Assembly (NCBI GenBank): GCA_009103225.1
Contig: RHPI01001616.1
Coordinates: 622,731 to 686,730 of the forward strand
Direction: 5' to 3'
Source: Chlorokybus atmophyticus
Lineage: Eukaryota > Plantae > Mesostigma and Chlorokybus algae
DNA length: 64,000 nt
The notes beneath the pieces were generated by a model that searched no databases, was not told the origin of the DNA, and saw only the letters and a list, made by a program, of their open reading frames with translations. The first letter of the stretch is position 1; every line of letters starts with the position of its first letter. Below are positions 12,857 through 21,820 of the stretch, piece after piece. The position numbers and the translations under genes were made by a program.

Positions 12857-13234
12857 TTACCTCCACAGCATCCACCACCTGTTCACTAACCACATGTCCC
12901 GGTGTTGTCCATGTGAAGAAGCGCATGGGTTCCCTCGCCACTCGAAGCATGAGCGCGAGCACGATTCGCACACGCACTGCACGCAATGGAAAAACTCGGG
13001 CTCCTTGCTCAGCACTTGGCCGAGGCGGCAGCCAAACACGTCGACATTGTGTGTGGTGTGATGCCAGCAAGCAGCACTAAAACCGTGGCACACTGTCTGC
13101 ACTCGCTGGCATTTGGTCAAGTGTGCTCGCATTTGCTGCCTACGGCCATTGGCACATACGTACGCATTGCATTGTGGGCACACCAAGCATGGTCTCATAG
13201 GTGAGGGGGAATCAAATGCTGCCGCCGACATCAT
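12857..13234 (-). CDS. Cys/His-rich zinc-finger ORF, possibly the N-terminal exon of the Tudor-DNMT gene
   Basis: CPQC-x15-H-x3-C followed by FHCVQCVCESCSRSC. Same strand as, and ~200 bp upstream of, the Tudor-like segment. Confidence 0.45.
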   Translation of the reverse strand: MMSAAAFDSPSPMRPCLVCPQCNAYVCANGRRQQMRAHLTKCQRVQTVCHGFSAACWHHTTHNVDVFGCRLGQVLSKEPEFFHCVQCVCESCSRSCFEWRGNPCASSHGQHRDMWLVNRWWMLWR

Positions 13235-15769
13235 GCAAAATAGGAGTCGGCACGGCTGCCCACAAACTGAGCAAGATTTTAGGGTATGGGCATCAATTTA
13301 GGGTTGCCAGCTTACAAACCCTAAATGGGTCAAACTTCAAGTGAAGCACGACTGTACCATGGACGCTATTGCAAACCCATGCATGGTACTACATCTATAT
13401 GAATGGTACTCCATCCGTTAATGGTACTACAGTACAAGGATACTCGCATACTACCTCGATCGTAGAGTAATACTGTGCTGTCATTCCATGGAACCCAGAG
13501 CGCTGTCCGAAGTTGTTACTGTCAACCACGCTCTGTACCAGCGAGGTATGCAAGCCATGCACTGACTCATGCGTCGGGCGGTCATCATGCACATGTACAG
13601 CCAATGCTTCTGACAACAGCAGATCTCGGGTGCATCATGCACCATGCTGCAACTATACATGTACCTACATGGTTCACAGGAAGCCAACACAAAACTACAA
13701 TACATGCACAATTGTCATTAAGGCGGGGGCCAAATCACCGCCGACACGTTGGCGTCTTGCATCAAGCGTGGCGACCAAAACGGGTGAGGTTGCTTGTTGA
13801 AGGGACACGCTTGTAGATTCTTTGATTTATTTGCCACGGTCTTCTGATGTGCTATGATGCAGACATGGCACATCGCTTTCTTGCAACAGGGCGTCTCCCC
13901 ATCCGCTGAGGGGGGTGGCTCTTCAATGCGACAAATCAGTACACATGGTGCACGCGGGTGTGCAAGCTGCCTCAGCCACCAAACTCTGTTTACGCGTTGC
14001 AGGCTAAGGGAATTCCCATTTGAATGGCGCAGCATAACGCTCCACTACCTGCTCGATCACCTGTTGCCCATCTGCCGCCATACACCACCTGCTGGTCTTG
14101 ATGGTCTCGTCCAGCATGCGTTCATCAAGGCCCTCGACATGGCTGTCGTCACTCGTGTACTCCCCCGCATCGTCATTTTCTTCGAGCTTCCACAGAATCA
14201 GCTCGACGTGCCGTATGACATACAGCCACTGCTAGCCAAAGCATGCCAAGTACAGCTCGAATGGTTTTACTTGCCACCCAGTATGTTTGCTCGTGTGGCA
14301 CACATCTCGACCCGCATCGGTCGACATCGACAGGTACATCTGCTGCAGCAGGTTGAAGTTCTGCTCCGCAGATAGCTCTTGCACATTGCCGGGGTGCTGC
14401 GGCAGCAACACCACCATCATATCGAGGACGGCGAGGGGCAACAACGTATTACGGATGGCCATATCGTGTATGGGTTCCAACCACCGCCATTCCCCAGAGG
14501 TCTGTTTAGACCGCATTTTCCGCGTTTGCTCCCACTTATTGCAAACTTTCGTCACCCACCTCGAGGCATGCCGCATGCGGTGATGCAGCGCGTCTTGGGC
14601 GTACTGTAGGGTGATCAACTCCTTTGCACTACGAGTCAACCCCCCAAAGCGTCTGCGCGTCGGTGCTTTGAGCTTAGGCAGCTCGTGCCGCACCGGCTGT
14701 CTCTCTGGACGATGCTGAGCAGCCACTTGACGCTGTAAACCCGCCTGTGCCTACTCAGGACACGCAATCAGCCCCAGTGAGGCTTCAAGGCGCTGTGCTT
14801 CTTCTAATGTTGTAACGATGCCTCACCTTTCCTTTTTTGGTCCTGTCAGCGTCCTTTATTCCAATAACCTTCTCTTTTTTTTGGCCAACCTGCACATCCT
14901 GGCAGGCGCTCTCCGTGGCACTGTCACTTAGAGGAGGTAAGGCGTTATCTTCTTGCTCCACAGCCTTGCGCTTGTTGGTTGCCTCCCGTTCCTCCACGAC
15001 CTCATGTTGCTTCATGAGGTCGAGCATGAAGCCTTTGTCTTTCAGCGCAGCTTTCAGGACACCTCGATCAATCTCTTTACCAACAAGACAGGCTGGGATC
15101 AATGTGGCAAGCTTAGAGGGAGAGGGCGAGCTACAGCTGCTTCTTGATGGAGATGCCTCCGGATGGTCAGAGTGCGGTGGCAAGTGAGTATCCGCGGCAG
15201 GAAGGGAGGGTGCTGAATTGGGATTGCGAGCATGTGGCTGTGGTTGAGGGGAGGCAGGATGTGCAGAACACTCGGCTACTTCTTGCCTAGCACACGAAGG
15301 CGAGGCCTGAGGCGTTGGCGCAGCACTCTGAGTCACAGCCGGTGGTAGCGGGGAATTGGCAACGCCATTCCGCCATTCTCCGATCAGGTGTTACCTCCGG
15401 TGGCACTTCATGTTGAAGGTATTACATGGGTGATGCTTGTATCCGGTCAGCTTGCCCTTCATACAGGAGTCGAGGGTCGAAGGTACCAGGAAGAAGCGCG
15501 TGGACTCCAGACTTAGCAAGACGGTCGAGTCATGACGGACTCCGGACCAGGCTGCTTGGTAGAGCCTTGGGAGAAATCGCGTAGCTTTGTGGATACGTAA
15601 GCTTAGCAGGCGTGGCTTAGCTTGTTGGAAAGCTCTAGTTGTGAGCTAGACAGCGTAGCTTACAGAACAACAATCGGCTGAGTATAGCGCACGCGGTGCT
15701 TGCCAATGTAGACGTGTGTAGAGACTGGCGGGGTATAAAGCCCAGACTTGTTGCAATGAAGATGAGAGG

Positions 15770-16597
15770 TCACGATGTAGCATGTGTGCGGATGCTATGG
15801 CAGTAGCAGTCATGCTCTTGTGTTGATGTTGTTGGCGTGTCACTTGCACGTGTGTATGTCAACACTTCATGCATAGGCCACGACCAATGTTCGGTGCTTG
15901 CAGGCTTGAGGAGCCAAAAGTGTGATTCTGGCTCATTAGGAGCAGTGTTGCCCACCACCAGGACTGAGTTGAGGGCTTCGTTATTTCCAACCCAAACTGC
16001 GCTGCCGGGCTGTGGCACCCACTCCCCATGCTCGCGCTGAACGGTCACGAAGCCAATCAACAAGCCCAGCTTGTTGGCAAACATGGTCATTTGCAGGTGC
16101 TCGACGTAGACATCTTTTCTCTGCACGATCTGTCGCACCTTGGCCATGGCTATGTCAATGTTGCAATTGACATCTGCCAACATGGTCGCAGGCAGTTTGT
16201 TGTAATACTGCACCATCTCTCCCGCGGCACCAGTGGCTCTGCAGAAGTCTAAGATTCTGCTCGCCACGCCTGCATCGACAGCCTTGGCGGTGATTTTGCG
16301 GAGAGTGTCCCCCCTACCGACGTCGTCAATGGTGTTTAGCATGGCCCAAAATGTGCTCGAGCTGGGGCACTTGTGATCATTCAGGACACTTTGCGCTATG
16401 GATGGCCTGGCGCGAAATACACAATGGTAGAAGCAATTACCATCCGTCGGCGCATTGAAGTGGTCCCATGAGGCGAGCTGGCCACCTAACAAGACTGATG
16501 GCCGTATGCGGGTTGCACCTGCCAGCTCCTCTGATGACTCGCTGGCAGGTGGTGACCCCTGCTGCATGCGCATGCAGCACGCAAATGGTGTGTCCAA
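15770..16597 (-). CDS. OTU-like cysteine protease (deubiquitinase-like) domain exon
   Basis: PTDGNCFYHCV (OTU D-x-x-C box), YVEHLQMTMFANKLGLLIGFV (helical box) and ESHFWLL (catalytic His box) in correct order. Confidence 0.75.
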   Translation of the reverse strand: MDTPFACCMRMQQGSPPASESSEELAGATRIRPSVLLGGQLASWDHFNAPTDGNCFYHCVFRARPSIAQSVLNDHKCPSSSTFWAMLNTIDDVGRGDTLRKITAKAVDAGVASRILDFCRATGAAGEMVQYYNKLPATMLADVNCNIDIAMAKVRQIVQRKDVYVEHLQMTMFANKLGLLIGFVTVQREHGEWVPQPGSAVWVGNNEALNSVLVVGNTAPNEPESHFWLLKPASTEHWSWPMHEVLTYTRASDTPTTSTQEHDCYCHSIRTHATS

Positions 16598-17596
16598 CTG
16601 TGGACGGCAAGAGTCACAGTGACTGATAAAATACCAGTTTGGGGCAGACTGCCGGCTTCAACTTGCAGTGAGTGGGGTAAGGTAGGTGCAGAAGCCACAT
16701 CGGTTGTTGCATTGTGCTGTGGTCTCGCCGGTGGCGGCAAGAGGGATTGTTGCCCCGCAATCACCGGTGCAGCTCGTGGAGGTAATGGCAGTGCATGAAA
16801 GACTGGTGCCGCAGAAGGTGGTTGCGCTCTGGCTGCGAGGGGAGCAGGAGCGGCGGGTATGACCACTTGTGCATGCAATAAGGGGGGCTATATACAGGAC
16901 CCAAGATAAGATGGCTCAACAATGTTGCAAAGGCCGAATATAAGCTTATGCAGTGTCTGACACATTGTTATCAAGGCACGAGCATAAAAGACAGCGACTT
17001 ACCTCAATGGCCCGTGGGCTGCATGGAGCAGCGGAAGCCATGGGCGCCGACAAGGTGGTATTGAGTGCACTCTCCCCGCCACCCTCGATCGCAGACTCGT
17101 CATGGAGCTCGTGAGCCATGGGCACATCATGCGCCACTGCCCCAATGGACATGTCGGGATTCAACAGGCTAGCATGCATGTTAAACTGATGCCGCATTGC
17201 CGCCACGCCCATCAGCAAGTGGGATTGAAGGACCAGTTGATGGGATTGAATCCAGGATTGCATAGGAGCTCCTACAGGCCCTAGTGCACTGTGGTGCTGT
17301 CAACCAATCACATGCGAGTTAGCTGCATGCTTGCGACACTGCAATTGCAATAGTCAACTGCGTTACACCGTCATCAGTTGGTTGCTTCAAACAGTCACCT
17401 GCGGCATTGCTGGTTGATGCACGAATGACTGCATTAACTGCGTCATTGCTGGTTGATGCACTATTGGTTGAATGCCGGACGAATGGCCACGCGCTCCTGT
17501 GCTCAAATCCAGCCTACTTCGTTCGGCACGCGCGCGCGACTTCGCACGCTCCCGCACATCTTAGCATGCAAAGGTAGGCATGCATTGGAAGTGCAT

Positions 17597-18201
17597 TGTT
17601 ACGACAAGGGTCCGGCCATCTAAGCCATAGAAGACCATGGTGGGATTTATGACTATTCCCATTCTTATGTATTACGCCCAGCCCCCCTGGCTGCCGTAAC
17701 ACACCTCCCCCATTAGAATGTAGCACGTCCTCGGCTACTTCTTATAGGGTTCTTTTTTCTTAGCCCTCCGCCCGCGGGCGACCGAGCCATCCCGAACGGA
17801 TTCGGTGCGGTCATTTCTGCGACCGGCGGGTCAACACCGCGCGGTCGTTCTCGTTCTCGAGAACGTTGTCAGCCGTTCTCTCGAATGTTCTGTTCGAGCG
17901 ACCGTTCTAGATCGCGTTCTAAACCGTCCCTTTCGTTCCTTCCGACCTGCGACTTGCCCAAGGCCGCGGGTCCCACCGCGACTTTCTCAAGATCGCGGTG
18001 CACTTTCCTTGGAGCTTTTGCCAACCGAAAAATCGCCGCTCTATCCCCCTTGGAAGTCGAGCCCACGACCTTTAAGTTGTCAACTCCGATACCAAATGTT
18101 ACGACAAGGGTCCGGCCATCTAAGCCATAAAAGACCATAGTGGGATTTATGACTATTCCCATTCTTATGTATTACGCCCAGCCCCCCTGGCTGCCGTAAC
18201 A
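17597..18201 (-). mobile_element. TRIM (miniature non-autonomous LTR retroelement), 605 bp
   Basis: 105-bp LTRs at 17597-17701 and 18097-18201 (TGTTACG..CGTAACA, 2 mismatches); 5-bp TSD TGCAT; on the minus strand PBS TGGTATCGGAG and PPT ATGGGGGAGG; no coding capacity. Confidence 0.92.
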
Positions 18202-18882
18202 TGCATGCAGTAAACATGCATAGCGAGATTGGCAACAACATACCGCCTCCCAGCTCTGTCTATCTGCTGTGGCTTCCGCAATGTCGGCTTGATTATAGGG
18301 TGGGTATGGGTGAATAGTGGAGGCCTGCAGCCACGCTACACGTATCACATGGACTGCGCTAAAAAACAAATTGCTCGTGCAAGGAAATGCATGTGACTGT
18401 TGAGCGTACCTCTGCATTCCTTTGTGCTTGTTCCCACAGCCGCAATTGGTCCCGCATGGTTCGGACAAGGGGCTCCAAGGACTGCAGCTCCCGATTCACT
18501 CCTTGTTGCAGACAGCGAGCCACCAAGCAGCTCTTGGTGTAAAGATGGTCCTTAATGGCTTGCCTGCTGTTTTGTCCAATGTTGGTGATGCATGTTGGAC
18601 AGCCCCATTGCTGACGCCTGCCATGATTCATGACGTGGCGCTCGGTAGTAGCTGGCTTCGCTGCTTGAACTCTTATGACCACAACTTCTCGCAAGATGAG
18701 CCACGCCGCCGCGGCTCCGACTCCTGGTCCTCCGCCTCCTAGTCGAACCCAGGCCCACTATGCCTGATATTCGACTCGTCATCAACCTGGTGCCCCTGCG
18801 TGCCATCATCCGGCCATAAATGAAGCGTGTTTGGGTGAGTGCACGCTAACTCCCATTTGGGCTGATCAAGCAATGCCTCTGT

Positions 18883-19042
18883 ATGCCTTTGTCGTACCAT
18901 GAATCGTACGACAGAGCCATTGTACGGCAATGGCTGGGGTTGGACGAGAGATGCCTTTGTCGTACCATAAATGTTACGACACAACCATTGTTACCAATGG
19001 TTGTACAAAGCATAGATGGCACGAATGCATAAGTCGTACCAT
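18883..19042. repeat. Two-and-a-bit tandem units (~68-74 bp), each with two hairpins
   Basis: ATGCCTTTGTCGTACCAT at 18883 and 18951, partial copy at 19025. Stems TGTCGTAC/GTACGACA and AGCCATTG/CAATGGCT in unit 1; CAACCATTG/CAATGGTTG in unit 2. Confidence 0.85.
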
Positions 19043-19209
19043 CAACCACAGAAGCAAGGACGCACTACAAGTGCGACTCTACTGCGGGACACTAGACGTT
19101 CAAAACCGCCTCATTTTCGTTTTCGCGCCTCGTACATTCGGGCGGGCCAACCGGCGGCGGAAGCGCCACTATCAGCTAAACAGGCGGCACCCGACTATCA
19201 GTTAAAGAG

Positions 19210-21032
19210 ATGCCTCGTGGTCCATCCGTAGGTGCACCTCGTCGTGGAGGCCGACGCTAGTTGTCCACATTGCCCCCAGTGTTCAACCAGGCAACCGTCG
19301 CCAACCAATCGCAGCAAGACCCCGTGCTAACGCCCAGCACATCACAACAACTCCACTTGACACCGCAGTTGCAAGGGCAAGCTAGACTGCATGCATTCTT
19401 AATGCACTGTGCACGTTGCTTCTTGCTCAACTTCTGACTTGGATGCTTTCTTCTTTCATGACTGGCACAGTGACTCACTGCATGCGTTCTGGATACACTG
19501 TGCACGTTGTTCTTCTTTTGCAACTGTGAGAGTTGCATCTTTCATGGCTGGCAGCATGACTCATCCAGTTGTGCTTGCAGAGGGTCGATTGGAACCCCCA
19601 ACCCAAACGCATTTGACCGTGACGTGGCAACTTCGGCCGTCAGCAACCCTTCCACAAGCAAGTGGAAGATTGGTAACGAGGTAAGCACTGTGTGACACTG
19701 TGACATCGTGTATATGTGTGTAACGGATTGTTCTTCTGTGGACAGCATTTGCGAGATGCCGTCGTTGAAATCATAAACGGCCACTAGGTAGAGAGCCACG
19801 TTTATCCCAAGGAGGACACTATTTGTAACGTCATGTGTCAGGTGCTGTGAATGCTTCATGACCGCATTGAACCGTGACACTGACCAACCTGCCCGTGACA
19901 GGTAGTTGGCTTCGACCATGACGACGAGGCCGATGCGGCCAAGTTCTATGAGGTGTACTGGGCTCCCAAGGAGTGCCCCTTCCACTGGAGTGTCGCCTTG
20001 AAGAAAGCTACGCAGGTCTGGTCTGAGAACGCCACCAAGATCAAGCATGTCCTTCAGAAGGAGTACAAGTAGACGCTGTTTAACAGCAACAAGCGCAAGT
20101 GAGTTGGGTCCCTCACTACCATGTTTGCTATGCAACACTGCCTTCTTACTCAGCCTCCATACACACGTACGCATCTCGCCTATTGTAACCGATTCAATCA
20201 GGCACATCGACGCCCTAATGGACCCCAAGACCCAAAAAGCCCAGATGCGCAACGCTCTAAAGTAAGTCACAGGCACTATTCTAGCCTGGTGCAGGCTCAA
20301 CTTGAACTATCTATATCGTGACTAATGCCTTGTTGGTATGACTGTTGCAGACAAGTCATGGCGGAGATCTGAGGTGACTGACACTGCAGACCTGGAGCGG
20401 AGGAGATACATCCATGAATGGGGCAATCCCATAATCTGGCAAATGATCATGCAATGCTGATCTTACGCCGTCACTATACCTAATCGCCGGCAGCTGACAG
20501 TCAACCACCTCGCATACCTGTTGCTTACGGTGAGCACTCTGAACTCCATCATTAGCAATTCAGGAATGCTGTAGCCCCAAACTACAGGTTTGTAGACGTG
20601 TTGCAGTGAATAGTGGCTTTCGATGCCACTAAGACATGCCTGTAAACTACGCAGGTGGAGCGCATCCTAAAGGGCAAGGATGGAGACCCTCTTAGCTGCC
20701 AGCATCGACACACATGAAGAGTACCTCAGCGAAATCAGCACCATAATCATGTTAATGAAGCGGGAGATGAGGCAACGGTACGCAACCCTCCAGCCATTCA
20801 CCCTTGTGAAACGCCGCACTGCGTCTGTGTCGAATACCTGAAAGATCTCAATTGGCGCCGGCCGCAAGAGACAGCAGCTCGTGACCCGCTTGCTGAGGCA
20901 GAATCGGCATTTAATTGGCTGGCACAACCGTTTGAGGAGGAAGAGCAAGCTCCGGCGTCTCCTCCACAGGCCCCAGCGCGTGGTGCTTTGCTCTATGATG
21001 ACGAGCAAAGCGATGACGAAGAGGAGCTGTAG
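19210..21032 (+). pseudogene. Unknown spliced gene with acidic C-terminus, many nonsense codons
   Basis: Starts MPRGPSVGAPRRGGRR*LSTLPP; contains VGFDHDDEADAAKFYEVYWAPKECPFHWSVALKKATQVWSENATKIKHVLQKEYK*; ends LLYDDEQSDDEEEL*. Confidence 0.45.
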
Positions 21033-21428
21033 CGCAGTTGGTAGTCCATTTAGCTGGTAGTGTACATAGCTAGCAATGTACACTACCTTGTAGCGCTACA
21101 AGGCTTTTGTGACTGAGTGTTGTGCATCTTAAACCAGCTCAGTCAATCGTCATTATGCTCATGCATGTCAATACTTGCATCCCTATGACATACAACAGAA
21201 CTGCATTCAAGTCACATAATCAAACTACAAGCCTTGGCAAGTGACTGAGAGACACTGTACACATTTCAGGTACATGTACACAGCACAGGCACATAACAAT
21301 GCTGGCAGTCAGTGACAGTCGCGTGTAGTCAAGCTATGCAAATACATATGACGACAATTAGGCATTAATCACCTTCAGTTGTTAAGGAATGCCTTATTTT
21401 GTCGATAATTACTTAGTTGGTGCTTGTA

Positions 21429-21799
21429 AATTAGGCTTAGTCGCCTGCGCTGGACTTGTGTGTAACCTGCAGGTGCCTGTCACATAGGCTGAGTCACCTA
21501 AGTAAGACTGATGCGTAATTTGCAAGTGCCTGCTAATTAGGTGTAGTCACCTGTTAAGGCCTGATGTGTAACTTACAGGTGCCCGTTGATTAGTTGTAGT
21601 CACTTAGTAAGGCCTGATGTGTAACTAACAGGTGCTTGTGAATTATATAAAGTCACCTGTTAAGGCCTGATGTGTAACTAACAGGTGCCTGTTAATTATA
21701 TAAAGTCACATGTTCAGGCCTGATAGGTAACCGACAGGCGCCTGTTAATTAGGCATAGTCAAATGTTAAAGACCAAATTGTAACAATAAGGGCCTGATA
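21429..21799. repeat. 53-bp tandem array, 7 units (subterminal-repeat-like)
   Basis: Units start at 21429, 21482, 21535, 21588, 21641, 21694 and 21747. Consensus approx. AATTAGGnnTAGTCACCTGTTAAGGCCTGATGTGTAACTAACAGGTGCCTGTT. Confidence 0.9.
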
Positions 21800-21820
21800 G
21801 TAACGGAAGTTACTATCAGG
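21793..21820. other. Perfect 12-bp hairpin with GGAA loop at the end of the 53-bp array
   Basis: CCTGATAGTAAC-GGAA-GTTACTATCAGG. Confidence 0.9.

Larger units (their letters stand above)
14004..18700 (-). pseudogene. Large multi-exon gene: C2HC zinc finger, Q/P-rich linker, OTU-like cysteine protease, basic/helical C-terminal region; several premature stops
   Basis: Exon chain readable with GT..AG sites. CPTC-x14-H-x5-C near 18600; OTU ORF 16597-15770; continues via 15336-14837 and 14726-14004, with in-frame TAA/TAG stops at ~15392 and 14232. Confidence 0.5.

Noticed and set aside
21429-21799. 53-bp periodic array as a CRISPR array
   Set aside because: Units are contiguous diverged tandem copies with no unique spacers, there are no cas genes, and the context is eukaryotic.
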